The notes under the pieces were generated by a model. That model had not been told where the DNA came from and searched no databases. It was given only the letters and a program-made list of their open reading frames with translations. Positions 9,985-19,135 of a DNA stretch of 50,025 bases are shown here, piece by piece. The position numbers and the translations under genes were made by a program. Every line of letters begins with the position of its first letter. The first letter of the stretch is position 1. Source of the DNA: a virus (Duplodnaviria; Caudoviricetes); IMG/VR virus record IMGVR_UViG_3300017739_000018, positions 1 to 50,025 of that record; one strand, given 5' to 3'.

Positions 9985-10053
9985 TCACGGGGCCTCATGG
10001 CTGAGGGTAGCCGTAGTGTATTCACGGGGCCTGCGGGATTGCAGGGTAGCCGT
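9985..10053 (-). promoter_or_regulatory. Two tandem hairpins in the scaffold-gene leader
   Basis: ACGGCTAC-CCTGCA-ATCC-CGCAGG-CCCCGTGA and ACGGCTAC-CCTCA-GCCA-TGAGG-CCCCGTGA. Confidence 0.7.
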
Positions 10054-12177
10054 TTAAGACCTTAAAAACCCAGTTGGATTACTTACTTTGTATTTGTCCG
10101 GGTTCTTTTCTGTATACTTGATGTAAGGGCGTGGAGATATGTCCCTATCATCGTAATTTGAGTATTCTGATTTGTTAAAGTAATCAAACTGTTCTCTAGC
10201 TGATCTATCTGAATTCATTAAAGCGTTTGACATCATTTCGTTATAAAATTCTTTTTCATAGCCTTTGGCAATTCTAGGGGCTATTTCGTTTAAGTACGCT
10301 GAAAATTTAAGAAGAGAGTCCCCAGTAAAAAGGGCGTTTTCTTCGTTAGGATCATCATATATACGGGCACTGTCATCTCTAAACTTTTTGAGAAGGCCGC
10401 CAAACTGCTCAATTTCTCTGTCAGACAGATTGGGGTTAAAGTCTGCATCTTTAGGCGTTTTACCACCTTTAGCCATTTTTCCGCCATCATAAGCTACCAG
10501 CATCCCTTCCGAAGGATTTTGTGGCTGTTCATCGAGTGCTTCAGCTTCGGGGCTTTGGCCGTTCTCTTCGACACGTTCTTCAACTTCCGCTTTGCCGCGA
10601 TTGTTGATCTTATTTAATCTGTCGTAGCCGATGATCTCAGCAAGCAAAGGAGGAATTACAACCTCACCCTCTGAGACTAATAAAGATACAGCATTCTCTC
10701 TGTCTATTTTATTCTCATCTCCAGAAATGTCAACACCTTGGCGTCTTGCTTCATCTATAGCCTGAAGAATCATTTTTTTAATGTCTTCTGATCCGGCGAA
10801 CTCGACTGCGGCCGCGTTAATAATAAACGTACCTTCTTCAACGTCGAGAGGAACGTCATCAGCAACGGTTTTACTCTCTGGTAAATTTTCTGGTTTTTTC
10901 TTGCCCACAAACCCGACAGGGCCGTCACCCGAAGGCTGTCCTTGGGGTTGTCCCACTTGCATACCTTCTTGAACCCGCAGGGGGCGGTCGGCGAGGTCCA
11001 GCACCGCTTGGTTGTAAGCATACATTTCTTGTAGTTCAACAGAAGATCCCGCTTTCATAGGGTTCTTCATAAATGCTTCGGGGTTTTTCTTCACAGCAAC
11101 AGGGTCAAACATAGGACGAGGTTTCGCAGACATCATCTTGTCCATCTGAGAATCGTACGCCGTTCCACCGTTTGCTTTCTTTTTAACTTCACCACCTTCT
11201 TTGAAGAGGGAATCAAATGCGCTGTCAACCATTTCATATGCACTCGGATAAATAGAAGGGCCTACTGCTCGCATAAAGAGAGGACGAAGAGACGACCTGA
11301 AAGGCCGTGTAGCGGCTAATGCAAGAGGATTTGCTCTTGTTACTGCTTGTGCGTACTCGGGGTCGCCGCCTCCTAACTCTCTTCGTGCTTCCATCGCTTC
11401 TCGTGCCGCAATTATTTGAGACTCTCTCGCTTGCGGTGATAACAAAGAAGCACTTTCTCCAAAAGCTGTAGATGCGTAAGCGTAGTCCATTGCCCCTTGT
11501 TCGCGTCCAGTAATATCCGTCGCAAGAGCTCTATCTACTTTTGCTCCTCCGGGAACAGCCATTCCAATGACATTTCCAACAAAATCAGTAAACTCAAAGT
11601 CGTCAAATACTTTTCCGATGTACCCCTCACCTGCCGGCGAAACAATATAGTCTCGAGTTACGCTCGTACCAAAACGGGATGCAACGCCTTCCGCAAGGTT
11701 AGTTCCAAGCTTTTGTAAACTGCCGCTAAGACCTTCTTCATATGATGGAATTTTTGACTGAAGTTCTGATTCGAGCTCGTCAAATCCAATCGCTCCTGCT
11801 AAGAATGCGGCCTCTTCTGCACCGACACGAGAACCTCGAGGATCAAAGTTCATAACTTCCATGTCAGCGTTAAGCACCGTGTAATCTCTTATGGAGTTAG
11901 CCCAGTTACCTCGATTAGCTTTTTCGTAGGCAACGTCTAGACGATCAAACAGGTCAGAGATGCGGTCGAGCTCATCCATTTGCTCATCTTGTCTATCCGC
12001 ACCTTCGCCAACAATTCCCATATTAATGTCAACTTCAGCACCAGAACCCCCACGACCGCCGCCTCCACCGCCATCATTTTGGTCATTACTTCCACCGGAA
12101 TAGCCCATCGCTTCATTGAAAGAATCATCAAAATCTCCTGCGGAACCCCCACCACTACCTGTATTAAAGTTAGCCAT
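10054..12177 (-). CDS. Internal virion protein, 707 aa, with duplicated DDVP..EG.(F/V)(I/V) module
   Basis: ADDVPLDVEEGTFIINAAAV and LLVSEGEVVIPP...RLNKINNRG; low-complexity N-terminus; lies between portal and scaffold. Confidence 0.55.
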   Translation of the reverse strand: MANFNTGSGGGSAGDFDDSFNEAMGYSGGSNDQNDGGGGGGRGGSGAEVDINMGIVGEGADRQDEQMDELDRISDLFDRLDVAYEKANRGNWANSIRDYTVLNADMEVMNFDPRGSRVGAEEAAFLAGAIGFDELESELQSKIPSYEEGLSGSLQKLGTNLAEGVASRFGTSVTRDYIVSPAGEGYIGKVFDDFEFTDFVGNVIGMAVPGGAKVDRALATDITGREQGAMDYAYASTAFGESASLLSPQARESQIIAAREAMEARRELGGGDPEYAQAVTRANPLALAATRPFRSSLRPLFMRAVGPSIYPSAYEMVDSAFDSLFKEGGEVKKKANGGTAYDSQMDKMMSAKPRPMFDPVAVKKNPEAFMKNPMKAGSSVELQEMYAYNQAVLDLADRPLRVQEGMQVGQPQGQPSGDGPVGFVGKKKPENLPESKTVADDVPLDVEEGTFIINAAAVEFAGSEDIKKMILQAIDEARRQGVDISGDENKIDRENAVSLLVSEGEVVIPPLLAEIIGYDRLNKINNRGKAEVEERVEENGQSPEAEALDEQPQNPSEGMLVAYDGGKMAKGGKTPKDADFNPNLSDREIEQFGGLLKKFRDDSARIYDDPNEENALFTGDSLLKFSAYLNEIAPRIAKGYEKEFYNEMMSNALMNSDRSAREQFDYFNKSEYSNYDDRDISPRPYIKYTEKNPDKYKVSNPTGFLRS

Positions 12178-12183
12178 TTGCTA

Positions 12184-12411
12184 TTATTTCTCCGCGTCTA
12201 CCACTGCTTGGTGGTTAGATTTGAGGTTCAGGAGGGTTTCCAGTAAAACCATCTTCCCCTGCAACTGGAACATTTCCCGTTCCGATTGTGCCGTCACCAA
12301 CCCCCGAAGCGTCACTTGGTGGAGGTCCATCAGGTAATTGGTCAGGGCTTCCCATGCCTGCGGGTGGTGCACTAGCGGGCCCACCTTCTGGGCCTGTTCC
12401 TTGTTGAGCAT
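12184..12411 (-). CDS. Small helical protein overlapping the portal 3' end
   Basis: AAGGA RBS then MLNKEQAQKVGPLV...AWEAL...MFQLQGK; typical of post-portal small genes. Confidence 0.65.
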   Translation of the reverse strand: MLNKEQAQKVGPLVHHPQAWEALTNYLMDLHQVTLRGLVTAQSEREMFQLQGKMVLLETLLNLKSNHQAVVDAEK

Positions 12412-14311
12412 TTTGAAGTCCTTGTAGTACTTTTGCGTAGAGTTGTGCTTCATTTACATCATTTACCAGCTCTTCCGGATCAATGTCCTGAGAGATTGCC
12501 AATTCTTTGACAAGATTGGGTAATTTAATAAACGGTGCGAGCATTGGATTCGCAACCGTCTGGAGAAGCGTTGTAAGCCTCTGTGAGCGAACTTCTTTTT
12601 GCATGACGGCCGAGGTACCCCGAGGCTTAATACTTAGATCTCCGACGATATCAGGGGCCTTCTCGTTGTACTGCATATTCCATTGAAAGTATGCTTCACC
12701 AAGCGGTTTAAGAAGATAGTCATCAATGTTTTTGATAACAGTTTTTACGGACATCGTTCCGGCACTCATTAACATAGACAACCCAGAAGACGTTCTACCT
12801 GTACCTGTAACACCCGTTTGTCCGTGCAAAACGCTCGGGATGCCAGTTTCTTCATCTGAAAGCTGACGAGCAATTTGATACATTTGAATGTTTTCAGGTG
12901 CAGTATTAGGAAATTTAAGCCCGTTGATTGCTGTGCCTGTTACCCCCGACTGGCGTCTGAACACTTTACCGGGAAAGATTTCAAAGTTTTGTCCGGGAAC
13001 AAGAGATGCTTCGTCCACATCAAAAACAAGGTTGCCCGCTAATGCTAAGTTGTCAATCGCCATACGAACATGACCGTTCATAAGCATTTGGGCATCTTCC
13101 ATGTTTTCCGCAACGCCAACGCCCCAAATCTGGTAGGGGTTAACTTCATACGGAAAGCAGTGGTATGGAATTCGAGCGGGAGTAAAAGGATTGAGCACAC
13201 AACGTAAAACTTCAGTGCCACAGACCCACGCGTTAATTTGTACTTGATCTAACTCTGAAACAGTCTCAGGTAAATCCATCCCGACTTCACGAGCAAGTTT
13301 AGCATCTAAAACACCCCAATACTCAAACAATTCAAAACGGTTTTCTTGATAGTATGGCTCCGTATCGTCTTCTCTGATCGTATCTTCATAATACTTGTCT
13401 TCGTAGTTGGGTCCTTTTAAAAGTGTGTTTTCTATTGCCGTCGCGTTAAAGAATGGACGATTCATCAAATTACGAATTTGTTGGCGATTCATCCTATGAC
13501 GTTGAATTACATATTCACAATCTTCAAGACTTGTAGCTGAAGGGTCCGGATGGAAGTCCCAAGCTGAAACATGTTCAAGACGAGGAACTAAGTCCTCAGT
13601 AGGGTTGTACACACGTTGTCCGTCTTCGCCACGTTCCCAACTGTGAATGCGCTTGTAATGATTAAACGGTCCTTTTACAATCCCCGTACCGAGAAGGCAC
13701 GACTCAAAGATAGCGTTACGTAATACATTGACCGCGTTTGTGTCCAAAAGCTGGTCGTGAATATGCTTTTCTAACGCACGTGCCGCCTCAGCCGCTGGAG
13801 AAAACTGGGGCTCTCCTACTAGCGACGGGCCTGCTGAGAGCTGATCCGCCATTTTTTGGTACTTGCCGAAATTAACCTCAGTAGCACCGGGTTCTAAATC
13901 TAGCCCATCACCAGCAAAACCAAAAGGACTTTGTAATTCATCCGCAGGTGTTTTAAGGTGTGCAAACTCCACGATACCGTCAGGCACAGGAGTGTGTTCA
14001 ACTACGATTGGAAACTTTTTGTTCACAAACAAAATGTCTACAATTTGACCGTATGCCGCTAAAACTTTAGTCTTCGTGATTTTAATAAAGACTTTAGATC
14101 TTTCAGAGTCACGATACTGTGTAGACGAGTCGTAGATTCCACGGAAGTTTTTGTACGCTTGAAGCCACCGCTGTTCAAATGTACGACGTCCATTTTCCGA
14201 ATCTTGAAAACGATTATGGATATAGCCTGCTAGCCCCGGCATTTGTTCGTCAACATCGAGAACCTCGACCTGACCGTCATCCGGAGCTTGAAGGAAGCCC
14301 TCTTCAGCCAT
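12215..14311 (-). CDS. Portal protein
   Basis: RSKVFIKITKTKVLAAYGQI, GTGIVKGPF, WGVGVAENMEDAQ; downstream of terL. Confidence 0.9.
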   Translation of the reverse strand: MAEEGFLQAPDDGQVEVLDVDEQMPGLAGYIHNRFQDSENGRRTFEQRWLQAYKNFRGIYDSSTQYRDSERSKVFIKITKTKVLAAYGQIVDILFVNKKFPIVVEHTPVPDGIVEFAHLKTPADELQSPFGFAGDGLDLEPGATEVNFGKYQKMADQLSAGPSLVGEPQFSPAAEAARALEKHIHDQLLDTNAVNVLRNAIFESCLLGTGIVKGPFNHYKRIHSWERGEDGQRVYNPTEDLVPRLEHVSAWDFHPDPSATSLEDCEYVIQRHRMNRQQIRNLMNRPFFNATAIENTLLKGPNYEDKYYEDTIREDDTEPYYQENRFELFEYWGVLDAKLAREVGMDLPETVSELDQVQINAWVCGTEVLRCVLNPFTPARIPYHCFPYEVNPYQIWGVGVAENMEDAQMLMNGHVRMAIDNLALAGNLVFDVDEASLVPGQNFEIFPGKVFRRQSGVTGTAINGLKFPNTAPENIQMYQIARQLSDEETGIPSVLHGQTGVTGTGRTSSGLSMLMSAGTMSVKTVIKNIDDYLLKPLGEAYFQWNMQYNEKAPDIVGDLSIKPRGTSAVMQKEVRSQRLTTLLQTVANPMLAPFIKLPNLVKELAISQDIDPEELVNDVNEAQLYAKVLQGLQNAQQGTGPEGGPASAPPAGMGSPDQLPDGPPPSDASGVGDGTIGTGNVPVAGEDGFTGNPPEPQI

Positions 14312-14325
14312 AGTAATCTACCTTG

Positions 14326-14523
14326 TTAGCCGTATAAGGAAGTATCGTCTGCCATTGTGAACAGAGAAGCATCTACCGTTGTTTTAGTTTGAACTTTAGG
14401 TGCGTCTTCTGTTAGAACGTCAGTTTTTGCTTGCGTATCAAACTCCAGACCTTCACGATAGAGATTAGTTTCTCCAACATTAGTATCTACAGTTTGTTTA
14501 TCTGAGTTCATAATATCTTTCAT
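14326..14523 (-). CDS. Small acidic protein, 65 aa
   Basis: GAGGAG RBS before MKDIMNSDKQ; the longer track start overlaps the upstream gene. Confidence 0.6.
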   Translation of the reverse strand: MKDIMNSDKQTVDTNVGETNLYREGLEFDTQAKTDVLTEDAPKVQTKTTVDASLFTMADDTSLYG

Positions 14524-14533
14524 TTTATTCTCC

Positions 14534-16270
14534 TCATTGGATTCCAAACATTCGGGACATCTGTCCCTCAATGTCGTCACGTAAGCCAGCTTCTTCGGCT
14601 TGTTCTTCAATTTCTTTTGCCACAGGTTCTAGCGCGGCTCCCATTACTTCTTTACCGACTTCGACACCTGCTTGCATTATTCCGACAGGACTTTCTTCGA
14701 GTATAAATTGTCCGGCCTGTTCTAATACAGAAGGTACGACGGGTTTTCCTTCTTCAATGTTTTTTTGAGCTTCAGCGACACGGGGCATAAGTGAAGCACC
14801 TATCAACGCAGTGCCTCCAACTGTAAGAGCTCCTTGAGCCATCTTGCCGCCATCAATATTGCGGAAGAAGTCCATGAGTGAACTCATGCCTTTTTTCATG
14901 TCGTCGTCTACGGTGACTTGTTTAGGAGCAGGAGCGGTTTCCGCTTGGATGCGAGCGCGTTCTTCTTTTTCAAACTGTTTGAGTTCTAATTCACGCGTGA
15001 TTTGCTGTCGATCAATGGCATCCTGCCCTTCAAGAAACTTTTGACCCTCTTCACTCTGTAAAAACTCAATTCGCTCTTTTTGCTTTTTAAGAGCATCACT
15101 TAAATAGTTTTCAGTTTTATTCTTAGCTTCTGCAACCTGTGCTTTTGCTAACTCTCTGCGCTCTTCTTCCGTAAGAGTCGAAGTAAAGTTTGAAGCGTCC
15201 TCTCCAAAACCCGCGAACTTATCACGGACACCGATTAAAAGGCTATCGGCAATCTTGCCCAGTCCTTCGACAGGCTTGAGTCCTGCGTAGTTTCTTGAAA
15301 GAATGGAAGAGTCGGTGTGACCCATCATTGCTTCGGTAACGTCCGTCGGATAACCGAGCTCGTCTCGAACGATTACTGACATAAACGAACGAGTAGCACT
15401 TGGGCTTGTTATAACGCCTTTAGAAGGGTCTTTTGCGTCAAACAGCGGTAAAAAATCTTCAAACCCTGCCAATAACCGTGGAGAAATAGTTGCACGGTAC
15501 GCTTTATCGTACGTACTTTGAGTCACGTCAAATAGCTTGTCACTAACGGAAGACTCATAGTTACGGATTACTAAATCCGCCATTGGTGATCCAATGGGAT
15601 ACTTTACTGCGGGGCGAGTTTTTTTACCTTTAGTTACGCTTTTAACAGTGACAAAATCGTCTGTGATAGTGACGTCGGACTTTTTAATTGCGCTGTTACC
15701 AATTAATTGTTCGGGGCGTTGAAAAGTCGCTTTGTGGTACAGAGCTAAATCTGCAACTGCGTCTCCATATTGAGCCCGTATTTCAGGGACAGCTTCCGAA
15801 TATATCTTTTCAATATCGTCGTGCGGGATAGGCTTTTGCATGGGGCGTTCGCCCGCCAGATCAGTGCGCTGTGTACCTCCTGATAGACTTCCCGACCCTT
15901 TACCCCCTGTAATGAGAGGATAAACCCTAATTTCACCTACTCCACCGGGACCGGGCACTGTTAGATTAAGTAAACCGGATTCCTCAAGAATTGGTCGAAT
16001 GTTTGTTTCTAAAGCTTGGAAATTACTGTACTTGTTGGCGGTTTTGTTTACATCCTTACCTAAACGAGACCAATTGTCTTGCTTCCGCATCTCAGCGAGC
16101 GTAATATCCGCAGGTAAACCTGTTTTGTCCCACGTATTACGGAGTGCACGTAGCTGTTTAAAGTGGTTTTCAGTCGTAGTAGGCTTTGCCATCGCGTAGT
16201 CGATAGCTTCACGGACTGTAAGCGTTTGGTCTGCGGCCTTTTCTACAAATTCTTCGTACGATAGTGGCAT
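14534..16270 (-). CDS. Tyrosine recombinase-fold protein with C-terminal coiled-coil and hydrophobic extension
   Basis: Ordered motifs ATFQRPEQL (R), TKGKKTR (K), SPSATRSF (R; His of HxxR replaced), MMGHTD (H), SRNYAG (Y). Confidence 0.72.
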   Translation of the reverse strand: MPLSYEEFVEKAADQTLTVREAIDYAMAKPTTTENHFKQLRALRNTWDKTGLPADITLAEMRKQDNWSRLGKDVNKTANKYSNFQALETNIRPILEESGLLNLTVPGPGGVGEIRVYPLITGGKGSGSLSGGTQRTDLAGERPMQKPIPHDDIEKIYSEAVPEIRAQYGDAVADLALYHKATFQRPEQLIGNSAIKKSDVTITDDFVTVKSVTKGKKTRPAVKYPIGSPMADLVIRNYESSVSDKLFDVTQSTYDKAYRATISPRLLAGFEDFLPLFDAKDPSKGVITSPSATRSFMSVIVRDELGYPTDVTEAMMGHTDSSILSRNYAGLKPVEGLGKIADSLLIGVRDKFAGFGEDASNFTSTLTEEERRELAKAQVAEAKNKTENYLSDALKKQKERIEFLQSEEGQKFLEGQDAIDRQQITRELELKQFEKEERARIQAETAPAPKQVTVDDDMKKGMSSLMDFFRNIDGGKMAQGALTVGGTALIGASLMPRVAEAQKNIEEGKPVVPSVLEQAGQFILEESPVGIMQAGVEVGKEVMGAALEPVAKEIEEQAEEAGLRDDIEGQMSRMFGIQ

Positions 16271-17974
16271 TTAGTATCCGAATGTTGAATCTTGGGGTTT
16301 AAATGTGCTATTCTTAATGTCGTTAAGTGTTTTGTGGATAGAGACGTACCCAGATGTACGGGTCATTAACATGTAGCGGAGCGCGTCGTACGCATGGTCT
16401 TCCGCTTTTGTGTCGACGTCTTCAGAATTTGTTTTTGACAGGGGGATACCCGCTAACTGTTTTATTATGTTTGTGCACGTGTTAAAAAATTTAACTGTAG
16501 GCTCTCCGGTAAATTCATTGTCACCTAATCTACGGTGTATTTCCATTTTACCGGATATTCTGTTACTATCAGATGGAGTCCAACGGCAACCGCCACGGAT
16601 CATTGTCTCTGCAATAGACGGGCCGTATCCTGTACGATTCCAACAGGATTTATCGAGCACAACGTAATGAGGATTAGGGTCCCACTCCTCTAATTCTATT
16701 ATTTTAGCGGCTAGTTGCTCTGCTGTAAAGTGTTTTACGTAAAGTTCTCGATAGACCCATATGTTGTTGTCCCAATCGATTGCACCCCAGAGTACGCACG
16801 AAGGGCTTGCATAACCGTAGTCAGCGGCACGGATTCTTGGCCAGTTGGTTGGTAGTTCGAAAGGATCAACGCAGTGCTTAATCTTGTTAAACTCTGGGAA
16901 AGCACAACCTTCTGCAACATCCCAGTCTCCGTCGAGTAGACGCTTTCGCTCCACTTCTGGTAAGGAGAGGAGCATTGCTTCGTATTGGCCGTCCCGCATA
17001 AGGTACGGGTTGTCTGTAAGTCTGGCTGGGACGAATTTTCTCCAGTACAGCGGCTGGCCTGCCTTCTCATGTCCCTCAGGGTATACATATGGCTTTCCTG
17101 ACTCGATATCGGCGGGAACGAATGGCTTACCGGGGTTTCCTTGGTCGATGTACATCTTTTTGACCCACCAGCCTCCGACACCGCCGGGGTTGGCTGTACA
17201 CCGCATTGAGAGATTTTTCGAGAGCTCTGAGTCGGTTGAACGGAGACGTGACCGTAGGTAGTCCCATACGTAGGAGGTGGGATACTGGGTAATTTCATCG
17301 ATTGCTATCCAATTGAAGGCTTGTCCCTGATATCGGGTAACGTCTTTGTCTTTGTCAAGATAACTAAACCAGATAGTGGCCCCCGACGGGAAATGCCATG
17401 TGGATTTAGACTCTCTAAAGGAGGCACCGGGAAACGCCTTGGGATAAAGTTGTTTAGATTTGGAGATGAGTTCAGTCAATTCATCCAGAGTGCGACGGAG
17501 TAATAAACCACGATGACTAGGATTATGGCAATAACGGAGAGGATCTGCCAAGAGAGCGAAACTTTTTCCTCCACCAGCCGCACCGCCGTATAATACATCT
17601 TGTTCAGGTGCTGACAGAAAGTCTTCTTGTGGTCCATCATTCGGTTTGAATACAACTTCAGATTCTCCCACAAGCTTTTTAACTGCGTCTGGTAAGGCAT
17701 TTAAGTCTCCTACATCAATTACTCGTGAATTTTTACCTTGTAGTGCCGTTTCTACTTTTGATGCGGCTTTTTCTCGCACGGATGCACGATATGCTTGTTT
17801 CTTAGCCGCTTCTCTTTTCTTTTCAGCTTCTTTTTTTGATCTTCTTATCGAAGCTTGTGTCGCTCTACGCGCTTTTTCCGCAGTAGAGAGGTGATAACGG
17901 GCTTTGGGCGCGTTCGGGTCTTTTTTTGGACGACCACGGGCACGTTTTGGAGCTTCTGCGACCTCATCCGTCAT
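16271..17974 (-). CDS. terL: Terminase large subunit
   Basis: Walker A YGGAAGGGKS, Walker B IAIDE, TANPGG, nuclease motifs DYG and EDHAYDALRY. Confidence 0.95.
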   Translation of the reverse strand: MTDEVAEAPKRARGRPKKDPNAPKARYHLSTAEKARRATQASIRRSKKEAEKKREAAKKQAYRASVREKAASKVETALQGKNSRVIDVGDLNALPDAVKKLVGESEVVFKPNDGPQEDFLSAPEQDVLYGGAAGGGKSFALLADPLRYCHNPSHRGLLLRRTLDELTELISKSKQLYPKAFPGASFRESKSTWHFPSGATIWFSYLDKDKDVTRYQGQAFNWIAIDEITQYPTSYVWDYLRSRLRSTDSELSKNLSMRCTANPGGVGGWWVKKMYIDQGNPGKPFVPADIESGKPYVYPEGHEKAGQPLYWRKFVPARLTDNPYLMRDGQYEAMLLSLPEVERKRLLDGDWDVAEGCAFPEFNKIKHCVDPFELPTNWPRIRAADYGYASPSCVLWGAIDWDNNIWVYRELYVKHFTAEQLAAKIIELEEWDPNPHYVVLDKSCWNRTGYGPSIAETMIRGGCRWTPSDSNRISGKMEIHRRLGDNEFTGEPTVKFFNTCTNIIKQLAGIPLSKTNSEDVDTKAEDHAYDALRYMLMTRTSGYVSIHKTLNDIKNSTFKPQDSTFGY

Positions 17975-18371
17975 GCTCTACAACCATTTCTTTTTTCGGG
18001 GGGAGTAATACCACCCCATGTATAGCTTGGATGTTGACATTGTGAGTCTCTTGTTTCCCCAAGCCGACTCTATTGAGCAAACTCTCGGCCGCTTGGAGAC
18101 GTATGTTATCTCCACGCTCGATTTCTGGTGCATCAATGGTCTGGACAAGCTTATTAGCGGCTTTGAGAGCACCACCTGCAAGAATATTCCGTGCTCCTTC
18201 GATAATTTCGTCGGCAAGAGACTCTTTAAGGTGTCCGATGGAACCCTGCGAGTAACCTGACACTTCACAGGCACGTGAGAAGTTACCTCCGTTCTCGAAG
18301 AGTGCGGTAAGAAAAGCTTGTTGTTTGTCGGATAACTCACGTTTTTTCCGTTGTTGAGGAAGGAGATTCAT
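17964..18371 (-). CDS. terS: Terminase small subunit
   Basis: LSDKQQAFL..L...GGN...ACEVSGYS HTH and C-terminal VVLLPPK; directly upstream of terL. Confidence 0.75.
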   Translation of the reverse strand: MNLLPQQRKKRELSDKQQAFLTALFENGGNFSRACEVSGYSQGSIGHLKESLADEIIEGARNILAGGALKAANKLVQTIDAPEIERGDNIRLQAAESLLNRVGLGKQETHNVNIQAIHGVVLLPPKKEMVVEHDG

Positions 18372-18487
18372 GAAAATCACATATATATGTTAAAAAAAGC
18401 GTACGAAGGGGCTTGTGGTCGCGGAACTTTGTTCACATGGACTATAAAAGTTGATTTCCCTTGCCATTTTGGCCCCGGTACAGAGTT

Positions 18488-18517
18488 ATTATGGGCAACA
18501 ACCGTTTAATTTGTCAA
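18488..18517 (-). promoter_or_regulatory. sigma70 promoter for the terminase/structural arm
   Basis: TTGACA-18 bp-CATAAT on the minus strand, divergent from the promoter at 18542. Confidence 0.6.
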
Positions 18518-18541
18518 CAAAAAAAATATTTTATGTAGCTA

Positions 18542-18600
18542 TTGACGAAATGAAATCTGAACAGTACAATGGGATTGTAAGCCCGCCGGGGTAAACCCAT
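18542..18600 (+). promoter_or_regulatory. sigma70 promoter plus conserved downstream element (copy A)
   Basis: TTGACG-17 bp-TACAAT, then CCCGCCGGGGTAAACCCAT at 18582-18600. Confidence 0.78.
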
Positions 18601-18660
18601 ACAATACCCGCAGGTCAACCCCAGAACCCTGACAGTACCCTCTGCTGTCGGGGTTTTTTT
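18577..18660 (+). ncRNA. Candidate ~85-nt small RNA
   Basis: Bounded by a near-consensus promoter and an intrinsic terminator; contains no ATG-started ORF. Confidence 0.55.
18625..18660 (+). terminator. Intrinsic terminator
   Basis: AACCCTGACAG / CTGTCGGGGTT stem followed by a T run. Confidence 0.8.
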
Positions 18661-19054
18661 GTATCCAGTTTGCTCATCCATTGGATTACCAACGGTAAGC
18701 CGTCGTGTGAAACACTCCGTGAAACATAATACCCAAAACTACAAAAAATATGGGGAGATTGCTAGCAATAGTGCCACCACCCCCCGTGTCCCTTGCCCTG
18801 CCACCATTGGGGTCCTTTTATTTTAACATCACTGATCTTTCGGTTTTACCCTTGGGTCGTTCCTTCGGTCTCCCGTTGGGTAACCCCCAAAGGTTTTAAT
18901 GGCTCAACGCGTAGAAATTTCGGTAAAGGCGTTGACCCTTTTCAAATCGGTTTTCAAAATGGCCCCCGTCGATGGGCGGTTATATAGCCCCAGTGGACAC
19001 CTTAAAAAACCTTTAGATGTACTGGCGGTAAGTACTTAGGTATTTTTCTGGGAC

Positions 19055-19080
19055 AAAAAAAGGCCCCCGTAGTGGGGGCC
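19055..19080 (-). terminator. Intrinsic terminator of the early minus-strand cluster
   Basis: GGCCCCC-ACTAC-GGGGGCC then TTTTTTT on the minus strand. Confidence 0.85.
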
Positions 19081-19135
19081 AAAAAGCCGGCGGGATAATC
19101 TGAGAATGGAAACTCAGCACCGGCTCGAGGGAATA

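Noticed and set aside
9985-10053. Tandem repeats as a mini-CRISPR array
   Set aside because: Only two copies 7 nt apart, with variation inside the repeat rather than in a spacer.
18471-18481. TACCGGGGCC after the terS promoter as a fourth copy of the conserved element
   Set aside because: Only CCGGGG matches, the offset differs and the GGG-N4-CCC part is missing.
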